From assembly GCF_020745735.1 (NCBI RefSeq), contig NC_083408.1, positions 93,898,484-93,962,483 on the forward strand: 64,000 nt of DNA. The letters are read 5' to 3'. Origin of the DNA: Hemiscyllium ocellatum. Lineage: Eukaryota. The notes below the pieces were generated by a model. The model ran no database searches and was not told where the DNA came from. It saw nothing but the letters and a program-made list of their open reading frames with translations. Positions 49,708 to 63,470 of the stretch are shown here, one piece after another. The translations under genes were made by a program, and so were the position numbers. The stretch's first letter is position 1. Each line of letters starts with the position of its first letter.

Positions 49708-50195
49708 GATGGCATGATGGCTCATTGGTTAGCACTACTGCCTCACAGTGCCAGCCCCCTAGGTTCAATTCCAGCCTCAGGCAACTATATGGAGTTTAAA
49801 GTTAAAAATCACACAACACCAGGTTATAGTCCAACAGGTTTAATTGGAAGCACACTAGCTTTCGGAGCACTTCCAATTAAACCTGGTGTTGTGTGATATT
49901 TAACTTTGCACACCCCAGTCCAACACCGGCATCTCCAAATCATATGGAGTTTATATATTCTCCCTGTTTCTATGTGGGTTTGCTCTGGTTTCCTCCCATA
50001 GCCCAAAGATGTGTAGGTTAGGTGGACTGGCCATGCTAAATTGCCCATGGTGTCCAGCAATGTGTAGGCTAGGTAGATGAACTATAGGAAATGGATGGCT
50101 ACAGGAATCGGATGGATCTGGGTGGGATGCTCTTCAGAGGGTTGATGTGTATTGGATGGGCCAAATGGTCTGCTTCCATACTGTAGGGATTCTAT
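49708..50195 (+). mobile_element. HE1 SINE interrupted by a PLE fold-back
   Basis: Head ATGGCTCATTGGTTAGCAC...GGTTCAATTCC. The V-domain resumes at about 49954. Confidence 0.85.
49799..49941. mobile_element. PLE fold-back mini-element
   Basis: 12-bp TSD ATATGGAGTTTA (49787-49798, 49942-49953). The hammerhead core is deleted at the apex. Confidence 0.9.
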
Positions 50196-52007
50196 AAATG
50201 TTGACAGAAAATCTAGACCTGATGTTCTACATCCTATCATTTCTGAAGATGTGACTGCAGAGATCATGGATGCATTGGTACTACTTTTAGAACTTTAAGT
50301 TGGTCCCTCTGGACTGGAAGTCAACAAAGATAATTGCACTATCCAATTTAAAGCAGAGGTAGACAGTTTCTTGATAATCAAGGGGATGAAAGATTATTAT
50401 GTACATGCAGGAATGTAGAGTTCATGTTAAAATAAAAGGTGCAATGGTACATCATTGGAAACTTTAAAACAACACCATAATCCACACTGGAAAAGCAAAA
50501 AGTTAAAAGAAAACCTTACACATCAGTTTGTATGTCACAGTTAAAACAAGCATGCACCATGAGTCCTAGATACAGAAGTGGAATAAACTCATGCAAAAAA
50601 AAATTAATTAAGATTATAGTCTTGGGCACTTTGTGATGCCAATAATTGGAACAATCACATTCAACAGATTAAAAACCTATACAAGTCTGGTCGAAGGAGT
50701 ATCGAACATTTGGGAAACTTTACTTAGGCATAGAATACATAGGAAATCATCCAGATCCACAATAAAGCTGGGACATTATTGTAATCTGGACGAAGTGGGA
50801 TCATTCAGCAAAACCTTGTTAAAGCAGAAACAATTTATCAAAGCTCCAAAGAATGGGATTCATGCAGTGAAAATGTGAAAAAGTATAATTGCTCCATCCA
50901 AACCTGTGAAAAGTTGAAATCTTCCAGTTTAGCTGCAAGAATATGGGAATTGTCCATTGTAACTGCAAAACTGCTCTCCATGAGAAATAAAAATTGACTA
51001 GCAGACTTAATTTTAGAGATGGACTAAAAGACATGGAATTGGACATCTTGGAGAAAATAGTTTGTGACATACAGAACAACTTTCAAAATAGATATAAAAT
51101 CAGAAACTGAATAAGTAAATACACATACAGTACAACTGGGAATGTATGTGATGATGTTAAAGTTCACCAAGGGGTAAAAGAAAAAAAAATACTTATGAAG
51201 AGGTATTGAAAGCCTTTCACAGGTTAGTGGAAAAATGCTAATATAGAAGCTAATGTTCAAGTCAGAATAAGAAACAGAGTTACCATTGAACTTGCTGACA
51301 AGTCTTTTTGTCAGATTTATTAGGGTCCAACAAAGACTTGACTCTAAAGAAAGCCATTTGGGTATTGAGTGATGCATAACTTCAGAAGCAATATAAACCA
51401 GTCCTATGAGGAGAAGATCAACATTAGCACAAGAGATCTCCAAAATCCAATCAATTCCTCATGGACAAAACAACAAATGTCTCACATGAGAAATGATTGC
51501 AGTGTGCAGGACAGGTACCAGAAACTGTGGATCAAAGAAACCTCAGAGGTATAGACAGTATTCAGCTATTAAAGATAAATGCTTCATCTGTGATATATCA
51601 CTTTCAGAAAATGCTTAGAAGTGGGAGAGAATTTCAGAAAAGCAACAAATCTAACATCTATCCATACAAAGGGAAATGAGGTAGAAGACCCACAACAGAG
51701 GAAAGTGTTCCTAGAGGAAATAAGTGATTCAGAGCTCATATTTTGGCGAGCTAATATTTATGAATGTTCATCTCACAAAGCTAAATTTAGACACCAAAGG
51801 GGTTGTGGCTGTATTATCATAAAGTGAGTCATATTTAAGGAAACACAGCAAGAGCCATCAATGCAAAAATTGTCTAGGAGGTTTAGCCTTAACGTAAGAG
51901 CTATGCTAAAATAAAGTTTCCTATACAGGGAGTGCTGAACAGCAGAAAACATACTTCACATTCAAGAATTTGCACTCTTAAATAGGATGGCATATCTTAG
52001 AGCCATA

Positions 52008-52400
52008 TAGTCATAGAGATGTACAGCACGGAAACAGATCTTTTGGTCTAGCTCGCCCATGCCGACCAGATATCCCAACCTAATCCAGTTCCATTTGCCA
52101 GCACTTGGCCCCATATCCCTCTAAACCCTTCCTATTCATATACCCATCCAGGTGCCTTTTAAATGCTGTAATTGTACCAGCCTCCATCACTTCCACTGCC
52201 AGTTCATTCCATACACACCCCACCCTCTGTGTGAAAACGTTGCCTCTTGGGTTTCTTTTAAATCTTTCCCCTCTTACTCTAAACCCACGCCTTCTAGGTT
52301 TAGACTCCCTCACCCCAGGGAAAAAACTTTGTCTGTTTACTTATCCAAGCCACTCATGATTTTATAAACCTCCATAAGGTCACCCATCAGCATCCGATGC
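52008..52400 (-). mobile_element. CR1/HER1 3' fragment nested in Gypsy
   Basis: RGNVFTQRVGCVWNEL...FKRHLDGYMNRKG. Confidence 0.9.
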
Positions 52401-52989
52401 TACCAACTTCTTCAAATGGCAGAAGATTTAAATAATGTAAAGGTAAGGAAAAACCAATCAAGGCACATTCAGTCAGGGAACAGTTAGCTGTGTAACAATT
52501 GGTCTATAGCCAATCTCCAAGATTGCATAAGATTCCCTAGACTCGTGTAGGAATTTAAACAAATCAAAGAATCCATTGAGATTAGTTGTGTCAGCATAAG
52601 AAATTTGTTTCATACTGTGAACAAGATAGGAACCTTTGACTATAGTGGATTGGCACAAATGATTTGCACTGCTATTAACACTGAAAAGTGCTCAAGTTGC
52701 ATGAGTCAGGAGGAAATCCCTGAATAAGATAACCAATGAACAATATACACTATTTGACAAAATTGATCAATTTACAACAGATGTAAGTTAGAGAGCAACA
52801 CAGCTTGTTGAATAACAAGCAGTGACAGATTTAAGTCTGATCCTAGATGCTGAAATGATTCAATAGAGACAGTATCATTACAATATTTGACTTCTTTATC
52901 TTCCCAGGAAAAAAGTCTTCAGTAACTGTGACAGAAATCAAGTCAAGCCAGAAGCAAGCCTCAAATGGCAGAATTGAAGAAGTGAATGG

Positions 52990-54182
52990 AAATTTCTCCA
53001 TCTCTGCCGCATAGGTTCCATTGATACTAGCTTCCACAAGGGGCCCTCAGAAATGCCCACCTTCCTCCTCAATCAAGGATTCCCCACACCATGGCTGATA
53101 GGGACCTCAGTTGTATTTGATCCATTTCCCATGCTTCAACCCTCACCCCCTTCTCTTCCCTCCCACAATAGTGACAGGCCGCTCTGGTTCTCATGTAAAA
53201 AGATAGGCATCAGCATCCAACATCAGCATTCAAAGGATCATTAGCTGCCATTTCCACCACCTCCAGCAGGATGCTTTCATCTGACATATATTTCCCTCCC
53301 CTCCATTGACAGCCTTCCACAGGGATTGTTCCGTTTGGAACATCTTGGTCTGCTCCTTCTCCACTCCCAACTCCTCCCCAAACACTAACGACACCTTCCC
53401 ATGCATTTGCCGACTTACTTCCTCCCTCTTCACTATCCAATGCCACAGACACACCTTCCAGGCGAAGCAGTGATTTACCTGCACTTCACTCAATCTAGCC
53501 TACCATTTTCCATGCTCACAATGTGGTCTCCTCTATACTGAGGAGACAAAAAACAGACTGGGCAATTGTTATGCAGAGCACACATGTTCTGTCTACGAAA
53601 ATGACCCTGAGCTTCCTGTTACCTGCCATTTCAACACACCACTGTGTTCCCTGGTCAGCATCTCTGTCCCAGAATTGCTGCAATGTTCCAGTGATGCTCA
53701 GTGCAAGCTGAAAGAACAACATCCCATTTCCAATTGTATTCCCTCTAGCCTTCTGGGTTCAATATTTAATTCAATAATTTTAGGGCCTGAACACCTCATT
53801 CCATGTGCTTACCCCAAACCCTACACACCAGACCTTGACAATATATGGGTTGCTACCACAAACATTGTCAACCACTAATAGACCCCAAAAACAACTATTG
53901 CTACTCCCAGTCTGACTATTATCCATTCTTTTGTCTGCCCAACTGTTTTTCTGTCTCTCTGGGCTCAATCTCCATTTATCATTTACTCCTCCTCTCTCCC
54001 CCATCCCATCTATAGCATATGTATCATCCCTTTACTAGTTAAAATCAGTTCTGAAGATGGATCACCAGACCCAAAACATTAACTCTGCTTTCGCTCCAAA
54101 AATGCTGCCAGACTTGCTCAGTTTTTCCAGCAATTCTGTTTTGTTTCTGACTTCCAGCATCTGCAGTTCTTTGTTTTTTTTT
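52990..54182 (+). mobile_element. Neptune-type PLE 3' portion nested in Gypsy
   Basis: FLHLCRI...EMPTFLLNQGFP; CSQCGLLYTEETK; HFNT; pLTR tail CTTCCAGCATCTGCAG. Confidence 0.85.
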
Positions 54183-55189
54183 GAGGAAGTGAAAATATTG
54201 GTTTCACTTGCAATACAATTGTTGAGGGTAAACAAGAGTCCAAACCAACCAACATGCTCCAGATGGATTGCGAATAAAAATCTGCTGACACAAATTGAAG
54301 ATGTGAAGTATACAACTCCACAGAAGCCAACACTTAGAAATGATGACCAGGTGTTCACTGACTCAAGCTAGGCCGAGGAAGATTTTGCCTGTTTCAGTAA
54401 TAAAGACATCCAGCCCAAGGGAAACCAATGTGATTAAAAGTCCTCCCGTTTCCAGGGACCTACAAAACACAGGAAAATCAGAAAGAGAATCAAAAACAAT
54501 GATCTTTCATTCAGCAAATTATCAATCTTCCAAACCAAAGGAAATCCATTCTGCACAAAACTTCCAGCTTGCCTGAATTTGTAAGACAGAGATTTGGATG
54601 GATATGAAGTAGTGGTAAATGTAATTATCTTTGTAATAGCAGAGCTTATACTGAGGAGTGCCAAAATCACAACTCACCATGATGTCATATGCTCTTGTGG
54701 GCAGAACGGTTTAGAATCTCAAAGAATTAAGACTTAACTCCTCAGAGTCATTATAGCAATGTCTGTCATTTCAATGTAACCTGTACTTAGTGATAAACTT
54801 CGTCTTTTTAATTCTTATAGTGAAAGCTGGAAGTGGTTTCCTTTACCTAACCAGATCAAGTTCCCCTCTAGTTAACAGGGGGAATACAGCAACCTTCATC
54901 ATGAATAGCAACACATATACTGTAGTGAGCTAGCCTGCCAATACAACAGTACCATCTATGATTGGCCTGTTAGCTGGTCTAATTTATGTGATTTCTGATT
55001 CATGTTAAAGTAAAAGTTACATAAAAATGCAATTTCTGCAGTTGATGTTATTTTTTTGTTTATGATCCCTATGGGGATCGTAATGAAGGAGGAAACAATA
55101 ACATAAAGTGCATTTAAATTTCCAAAAATCATGTAACAATGTGCCACTCAACAGTTTATTCCACAACATTATAGCTTTTGGAACTGAGG

Positions 55190-55810
55190 TAACATATTAA
55201 AGTGGATTCAGGATTGCTTATCTGACAGACAACACTTTCAGGATAAAGAAATCATTTTTGGGCTGATGGTTTGTTTCTATTGGGATACGACATTCCCTCA
55301 GTGCTTAAAGGAGGGGTCCTAGTGTAATTTATCCAAATTCACTTTTGATTAGGTGCGAAAGTAATCTGCCTTGACGTGGATGCAAAGAAGCTGCAGAGCT
55401 CTAAAGACACCTTTATGCTTGGGCAAGAAGATGGCAGATGGAATTTAATCATGTGGAATGTAATATATAGATCTTAGTGGGAAAAGCATTGTAAAAAGGA
55501 AAATACTTTTGAAATGAAGAGATTTAGGAATGCTGGCATTTGAGGCACCTGGGTGGCCTTGTTAATGAATCACAAGTACAACAGCAATCAGATGAGCAAA
55601 TAGTATGTGGGATCATATTACAAAAAAGAAAGTTTACTGCAATTATATAACTTCCTGGTGAAACAATATCTGTGTGCAGTTTGGTTCTGAAGAATTGCAA
55701 CAAAGGCTTGCAAAACTAACTTTTGGAATAAGGAAATTGCCCTCTGGAGATAGTCTGAGCAGAAGGATATTAAAACTAACATGTTGAGATAATGGTTCCT
55801 GTGGCTGTGA
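55190..55810 (+). mobile_element. Old CR1 RT relic
   Basis: TGGGCAAGAAGATGGCAGATGGAATTTAAT and TGTGTGCAGTTTTGG. Confidence 0.6.
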
Positions 55811-55832
55811 AATCTACATAATCAGAGTTGTC

Positions 55833-56085
55833 GAATCATAAGCATGGACATGGATCCGATGCCGACCAGATTCCCTGAACTGAACCAGTCTCATTTGCCT
55901 ACATTTGGCATATATCCCTCTAAGCCTTTCCTATCGATTTACCTGTTCAAATGCCTTTTAAATGTTGTAATTCTACTTGTCTCTACTACTTCCTCTGGCA
56001 GCTCGTTCTACAGACGCACCACCCTCTGTGTGAAAAAGCTGCCCCTTAGACCCCTTTTCAAGCTTCTTCCTCTCATATTAAACCT
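55833..56085 (-). mobile_element. CR1/HER1 3' fragment
   Basis: ACCACCCTCTGTGTGAAAAAG...TTCCTCTGGCAGCTCGTTC. Confidence 0.85.
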
Positions 56086-57274
56086 GACATGAGGTGGTGG
56101 TGGTGAGCTGCCTTCTTTAAGCACTGCAGTCCATCTGGTACAGGTCCACCTGCAGTGTTGTTAGGGAGGGAATTGTAGGATTTTAGCCTAGCATATGAAG
56201 AGAATCAGAGGGAATGGTGATAGTGTGGGGTTGATGCACTTGATGTGGACATATGAGTTAGAAGCAGACATAGGCCATGATCTTACAGAATAGCAGAGCA
56301 GACAGGAGTGATTAAATCAACTACTCTTGCCTTTATTTCTTACAGTCTTCTGTTGGAAGACCTTCAAACATGATGTTTCTTTCTGCTGCACTGATTGATG
56401 AGATTTTCAGCTCTTTTATCCTTCAATATTTTGGACCATTCTGATTGTTTCCATGATGACCACCACCACCATGATGTCATTGTCCAACCAGAAAAACTGT
56501 TGAAGATTGAGCACATGAAATGAAGAATAATTGGTCAATTCACTTCTAAAATGTGAGATAAAGCAATGTTCACCAGAATTAAACATTGTTACCAATATAT
56601 TGACTTGTCAATGGTTTGGGGGCAAATGTATTCTTTGCCCCACCAAAACAGGCATGAGTTCAAATTCATACTAATTTTAAAACCAATAGATGGAGAAGAA
56701 CCAAAAATATAGTACATAGCCGTTCAGCACCTCAAGCCTATTCCAGCACTCCACTAGGTAATGGCTATCCTGGATCTTGAATCATTCTGCTTGCTTTTGG
56801 ATCCCATCAAGCTTAATACTTGGACATGCTCATGAACTGGAGCGATTACAAGTGGTAGCATTCTTGATGATTTGCAATTCATGCATGATGGATATGCAAA
56901 AGCTGGCAAGAAGAGCCTCAGAGAAGCTCATCCCCAATTTGATAAGGTTGTTAAAGAGAGATGGCAACTTATGGAGACAGATAAAGATGAAGGCAAGCAA
57001 TGCTAGAGATGTAAAAGAAAGAACATCTGGCAGGCTGGGGATGGAGGGGGCTGGGAAAGGGACGAGAAAACTCAGCTCAGAGTCAAGGGAAATATTCTGC
57101 CTTCCAAAAATCATACGTGGTGGCTATTATAAAAAAGATAAGTTTAATGATCATGAAAGGATAGATGGAAGAGCATATATAAAGCAAAAGCATGATGGAT
57201 GCAGCCAGGAAGCGAGAAATCCAATGGCTTGGTGGTAGGTATGACAGATGCAGACCATAATTATTCTTCGGTTT

Positions 57275-58020
57275 CTTTTTATTTGTTCATGGGATGTGCA
57301 CTTTACTGAATTGGCCACTATTTGTTGCCATTCTTAACCAACCTTGAGAAAATGATGCTCAGCTGCCATCTTGAACTGCTGCAGTCAATGGGAGTTATGT
57401 ATGCGTGCAATGCGATTGAGAAGAGAATTCTAGGATTTTGACCTCACAACAGTGAAGGAATGATGATATAATTCCACATCAAGATGGTGTAGCTTGGAAG
57501 GGAAGTGCAGATCATGGTATCCATGCATTTGTTCTCCTTGTCCTGTTGGATGGTAGAGGTTCTATCAAAGGAAACTTGGTAAGTTGCTGCAGCTCATCTG
57601 GTCAATGATATACACTATTACCCCTGTGCATCAATTGCGGAGGCAGCGAATGTTGAAGGTAGTGAGTAAGTCTCAATCAAATGCATTACTTTGTCCTGAA
57701 TAGTATTAAGCTTCTTAAATGTTGCAGGAGTTGCACTCATCCAGAAAAGTGGATAGTCGGCCATGTCATTTCTGACTTGTGCTTGAATATGACAGTAATC
57801 TTTTATGGAGTAAGAGGTGATTTACTCACATCAAAATTCTGAGTCCTTGAACCTCTGATGCCTAATTCAATGGTTTGATGTGTTTTGGAGGGGCCTTCGA
57901 CAAAGGTAATACCATGGAATGTCAAGGGTGATGGTTAGATTCTTTCTTTTTGAAAATGGTCATTGCCTGGAATTTGTGTGGCATGCAAGTTATTTCCCAC
58001 TTATCAGCACAATGCAAACA
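57275..58020 (-). mobile_element. Unclassified shark non-LTR 3' region
   Basis: TTTATTTGTTCATGGGATGTG...TTGAACTGCTGCAGTC...GCACTCATCCAGAAAAGTGGA. Confidence 0.65.
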
Positions 58021-58322
58021 AGTCAAAGATCTTTTTTGAGATGGTTGAAGGAGCAAATTAGCATGACAAAAGAGAACTGTTGCAGCATGTACTCAGAAAG
58101 CCCTAAGCACCTATATATGGAGAGGCAATATTTAAGATGGTTTGCTGATAGGAAACCACAGCAATTGCTTGCCAAGTGCCGCTATAATTATTGTGTATGG
58201 TTTTGAAATCACGGAGGTGATACCCGCTATTGTGGTGTAGAGGTGAAATACAAAACAGTCTGAAATTTGGTGAAGCAAGGACATTAAAAAAAAACAGCTG
58301 AAACAGATACAAAAGAGTTTAC

Positions 58323-58538
58323 TGAAAATTACAAATGCTGGAGATCACAGTGGGTCAGACAGCATCCATAGACAGACAGCAATCTGATATTTCAAGTCTA
58401 AATGACTCTTCATCAGATGAAGAGTAATCTGGACTTGAGACATTAGCTTGCTCTCTCTCCATGGATGCTGGCTGACTCACTGTGATCTCCAGCAGTTGTT
58501 TTCAGTACAGATTCCAGGCACCTGCAATAATTTGTTCC
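58323..58538. mobile_element. PLE-derived fold-back element (third family)
   Basis: 15-bp TSD TACAAAAGAGTTTAC (58308-58322, 58539-58553). Apex is CTCTTCATC-A-GATGAAGAG. Confidence 0.85.
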
Positions 58539-60786
58539 TACAAAAGAGTTTACCTTGTCACTATCAAGACTCCACTAGTTTTGTCAGCATGATCCTTGAC
58601 GATCTCAGCCAAAGGGAACAAAATGAATTATTTATCACTTATGTATAAACCTTTGCTTTCATATCACTTTAAATGTGCATCCTACGTTTTGAAAAAAAAG
58701 ACAGTGAACATACCATGAATTTAATGGAGCCAAATTGTTAATAGGACCAGATGCAGAAATGAGACATGGTGCTCAGCTCACCTCCCCTTGTCACCTTGCA
58801 TCAAAAGTCATCTCAAAACATGATATCAAATTGCACTTTCAGCATCAAGCATCAGCAAATATGACTGAACCATCTGAGCCATTGAACATAATTTGTGTTT
58901 CCTTATAATTCTTGATAAAACTTCTCTGCGAACAATAGATGATTTAAAATGAGATTCAGGTATAATATTGAAATTTAAATTGGAGGTGGCTAATCTGATC
59001 TATACAATCTGAGCCAAAAAAAAGTCATCCAATTTCCTTGAGATCAAACTTTATTTTCACTTGTGTGAGGCATTTATTGGATCAAAATGCAATGGACTGA
59101 TTTCTGAGCTAAGAAACCCTGAAATGGCTTCTTACACCAGTATTGCCACTTGACAACTTAAGAAAGTAGTAATAGGTTCGAATAGGGCCAGCCAATCTGT
59201 TTGGGATAGAAATAGAATCTACATCAATATGCCTCCTGTCTTGCCATAGTCATGTGATCTCCACCATGTGACTCTGGCTGGGGGCTGCCAAATTTCAACC
59301 AGTTCCAATAAAGTTACAGTCCAGAGAAATCTGCTTAAGTGCAGATTGGCCGTGATATTCTTCAAAGTTACTTTATTTCTCTTTTTAGAGTAAAATATTT
59401 GAGGAATTAAATCAGCATAGAAAAGATTTATGTTTTCAGTGAGATCAGCAAAAAAAAACAATGAATCAGGCTTGCCAATGAAAATAAAGTTGGTGAATTG
59501 AAGGAAAGAAATTCTATTGTCACTGTCAGGTTCTTTTTCCTGTGAAGTACTTTGTTTACCTTTGCAAGCCTATTGTCAAATGGCTGAGTGTTAGTCCATG
59601 CCATTTTTTAAGCATAAGCATCATAAGTGGTGACCAGTCTGTACCTGGTGCCATTGAGGTGGATAGCATTCAAACTTCCGCTTCTCCTTCACTTATTTGA
59701 TTGCAAGTGTTGGCTCAAGATGCTGGCTGACTAAAGACTTGGCAGAAAGCTGAGCAGTGCTCACTCTGGCACAGGAAGATCAAGCCTACACTTAGGGAAT
59801 TGAACACTAACAGGATCTGCCAAGTTCCCACAAACTGTTAATCTCATCATCCATTTTCAATTTTACCCAACCCTTGCATCCCACATCTCATCCTATCCTC
59901 AAAGTCTCTTGCAGTTACAGCATCAGTCTCCAATCATATTTTCAGCCCTTTCTGAAGGCAGGTGCACATACAGTATCGATATTGTTCTCCCCAGAAAGGA
60001 GATTCTTTGGCAAGTTGGTGTTCTAGCCATTGAAAATGATATGAATTCAGCAGGATGATACCTACACTCCAGTGAATAAATATGAACAAGCTTTATTAGA
60101 TGTACTTATAAAAAAGGAATAATTGGCGAGAATTTATTCTGGAATCTGACAGACCCATGTGATCTAGCATCACTACGATGTAGCTCTTTTTGCAGATGCT
60201 CAATAACTATTTTAGATTAAAAGTGTAATTAATTATTTACACGGCAATCTGCACACCAGATCTTGTCTATAACATCCTCAAAGAGAAAAACATCTTGTTC
60301 TTCAATGTATCCTAGGTGCCTACAAATTATTGTGACCTGTTTTTTTACACTGCTGATCCTATTTTGAAATGACCTCTCTATGAGCACATTTGATCCATTG
60401 ATTTAATGGTTGGTCAAAGCTCCCATCAATGTGATCCTTCGATGGTATCAACTACTTCTCATTTCTACCTGGAGGACTTTCTGTACATCCTTCGATACCC
60501 CATGGCTGTAACAATCTCTGATCTGTAGTAATCCAGCACTTATTGTTTAGTTGAATGAATCAGCAGTTTGCCACATTCCCTAGTACTGGCTTCTTGTTTG
60601 TGTTTTTATTTTACATTCACTGGTGGCTGGATTTGAACATTTCTGTCTGGGCTGCTGAAGACATTTGGACCTGACTGCAGTGATGCCTCTTGCCTTCCAG
60701 GGGGTTCTGTAGTGTTTTTATAAACTGCATTGCTGACTGCTTCCAGGGTGTCCTGCTTAGTAAGATCAGGTCTGCACTCAGATAAG

Positions 60787-60925
60787 ACGGCATTGATGTC
60801 TGATGAAGGGTTTATGCCCAAAACTTCAACTCTCCTGTTCCTCGGAAGCTATTTGACCTGCTGTGCTTTTCCAGCACGACACTTTTCGACTCTGATATCC
60901 AGCATCTGCAGTCCTCACTTTGTCA
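60787..60925 (+). mobile_element. Solo PLE pLTR
   Basis: 15-bp TSD CTGCACTCAGATAAG (60772-60786, 60926-60940). Decayed hammerhead CTGATGAAGGGTTTATGCCCAAAAC. Confidence 0.85.
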
Positions 60926-61179
60926 CTGCACTCAGATAAGCCAACAAGAATAGGTTCTATTAAACATAACATTCATATCAAAGAGTGTAGTGTTGTCGAA
61001 GATACTGGTTCTGAAGAGTTAATGCTGAAGTATGCATTAAGCTGTACATAAGTTCATAATGTCATATCGGCTTGGGTGGAGATAAGGCAGAACATCTTAG
61101 AAGGTCATGGAGGACAAATCTATATACAGCTCCCCTCATTTTCTTTGTAACATTGTTCCTTAAAGGAGGAGTCGAGACA

Positions 61180-61840
61180 AGATAGTGAAGCAAACATTTG
61201 GTACACTTGGCTTTATTGGTCAGTGCATTGAGTATAGGAGTTGGGAGGTCATGTGGCTGTTCAGGATATTGGTAAGGCCACTTTTGGAATACTGCGTTCA
61301 ATTCTAGTCTCCTGATAAATGTTGTTAAACTTGACAGAGCTCAGAAAAGATTTACAAGAATGTTGAAAGGGTTGGAAGGATTGAGCTGTAGGGAGAGGCT
61401 GAATAGGCTGGGGCTATTTCCCCTGGAGCATCACAGGATGAGGGGTGACCTTTTAGAGTTTTATAAAATCCTGAGGGACATAGATAGGGTGAATAGCTAA
61501 TGTCTTTTTCCCAGGTTAGGGGAGTCATAAAATAGAGGGCACAGGTTTAAAGTGAGTGGGGCAAGATGTAAAAAGGACCTGAAGAGTAACTTTTTCACGC
61601 AGAGGGTGGTGCATGCATGGAATGAGCTGTTAGAGGAAGTGATGGAGACTGGGTACAATTACAATATTTAAAAAACATCTTGATGGGTATATGAATAGGT
61701 AGGGTTCAGAGGAATATGGGCCATATGCTGGCAAATGGGACTGGATTAATTTAGACTATCTGGTCAGCATGGACGAGTTGGACCGAAGGGTCTTCTTCTG
61801 TGCCATACAACTCCATGACTCAATGACTGTTTGACTCTAT
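61180..61840 (+). mobile_element. CR1/HER1 3' fragment
   Basis: TTGGAATACTGCGTTCAATTC...AGGGGTGACC...GGACCGAAGGGTC with a (ATGACTC)-type tail. Confidence 0.9.
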
Positions 61841-62494
61841 AAGGTCTATCTGACTAATGTAATTTCCACTTGATTGCTGTCAAACAATAAAATATGTTTT
61901 TAGTGGAGAGGCCGTGGGCTGAATGGCTTCTTTTTGCACCATAACAATTTGGTGATTCTGCAATCTTGTGAAGACAAGAGCTTCTTTTTAAGACTCACTA
62001 ACAGTTGTTCCCCTACCACTGTAAACTTAATAGATGACCAGACCCAGTCAGGGAATGAGGAATGGTAGTGGCATCCTTCTGCCCACAAATACTGCATATC
62101 TGCAAGAGATTCTCTGATTCATCTCTGAAGATTTTCTAAGAACTGTCACACTCAAGTTTAGTTTCTAGCACATGGTGGCATCATCACGACAGAGCTCCTA
62201 ATGAAAATGATCAATAATTATTCTTGGAGTGAATGAGGAGTTAACCCTTTACCCCACACACAGTTCAATCACCTGAAACAATCTCCCAGAAAATGCATTG
62301 AAACCAAGTGTGCACTGAAAAATTTAAACTGATGTTGATAACTTTTCAAAAGAGCAATTCACAGCTAAATGAACATGGCAGTTGGCAAAATCCTACCTGC
62401 ATATGATAGAATTATCAAATTCTTTTGTGAGAGTTTGTCGAGGGGTGGGGTAAGGGAAATAGATGGGGTCCAACTACTTTGAGAGGAGGAATTC

Positions 62495-62848
62495 ATAGAA
62501 TCATAGAGTCCCTACAGTGTGGAAGCAGGCAATTTAGTCTATTGAGTCCACACTGACCCTCTGAAGAGCCTCCCATCCAGACTCACTCCACTCCCCTAAC
62601 GTTATGATCCTGCATTCCGCATGGTTAATTCACCTAGTCGGCACATTCCTGGATACTATGGGCAATTTCGCATGGCCAGTCCAACTTTCTTTGGACTGTG
62701 GGAAGAAACCAGAGCATCCAGAGGAAACCCATGTAGGCACAGGGAGAATGTGTGAACTCCACACAGACAGTCACCTGAGGGTGGAATCATATTCAGGTAG
62801 CTGGCGCTGTGAGACAGCAGTGTTAACCACTGAACCATTGTGCCACCC
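62495..62848 (-). mobile_element. HE1 SINE
   Basis: Antisense V-domain GAAACCAGAGCATCCAGAGGAAACCC and head GTGTTAACCACTGAACC. Confidence 0.9.
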
Positions 62849-63139
62849 TATGGTTGGTGTTGGTGTTCCATAATATTGATTGCACAACCATTTTTCTTGC
62901 CTTGCTGCCTCCATTATCTTCCTAAACAGCCTTCCCTTCAACTGTAAATTTAATCACTCCTAAACTTTCCTCCTGTATCCATCCTGTTCACTAATGTCTT
63001 TTAAGGAGGGAAATCTACCAGCCTCTCCTGATCTGGCCAATGTCTATAATCTCAACCCATAACAATGTTGCTGGCTCCTAGAGCCCCTCTGATATTTTTT
63101 TCAATAACTCAGTTCAAGAGCACTTGGGTGGAATTGGGT

Positions 63140-63470
63140 ATTGCAGATGCTGGAGATTAGAGTCAAGATTAGAGTGGTGCTGGAAAAGCACAGCAGGCCA
63201 GGCAGCATCCAAGGAGCAGGAAAATTGACGTTTCAGGCAAAAACTGAAAAAATGTGGTGCTGAAAAAGCGCAGCAAGTTAGGAAACATCCAAGGAGCAGG
63301 AGAAATAGGATTTCCTGAAGAAGGGCTTATGCCCGAAATGCCGATTCTCCTGATCCTTGGATGCCGCCTGACCTGCTGCGCTTTTCCAGCACCACATTTT
63401 TCAGCTCTGATCTCCAGCATCTGCAGTCCTCACTTTCTCCTAGTTTCAGGCAAAAACCCTTCATCAGAAA
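63140..63470. mobile_element. Rearranged PLE pLTR cluster (multiple inverted and direct pieces)
   Basis: Two antisense pLTR segments, then a sense pLTR with CTGAAGA-A-GGGC-TTAT-GCCC-GAAA (63315-63338), then an antisense hammerhead piece at 63441-63468. Confidence 0.8.

Larger units (their letters stand above)
50787..54900 (+). mobile_element. Heavily decayed Gypsy (Mag-like) LTR retrotransposon
   Basis: Ordered remnants: PBS-like TGGACGAAGTGGGAT (50787); gag KSETE*VNT and IRNRVTIELADKS...DLTLKKAI; zinc knuckle NCG...KCFIC..HFQKM; protease LNLDTKGVVAVLS; RNaseH-like DWHK; integrase-like SNGRIE; terminal PACLNL*. Confidence 0.7.

Noticed and set aside
51024-51443. 139-aa minus-strand ORF
   Set aside because: It is antisense to the Gypsy gag relic.
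56777-57238. 153-aa ORF on the plus strand
   Set aside because: It has a non-ATG start, no recognisable domain and no clear splice context. The purine-rich sequence looks like the antisense of a decayed L2-type LINE.
60606-60821. Protein-looking minus-strand ORF
   Set aside because: Its start lies inside a PLE insertion, the peptide is unrecognised, and the length is within chance expectation.
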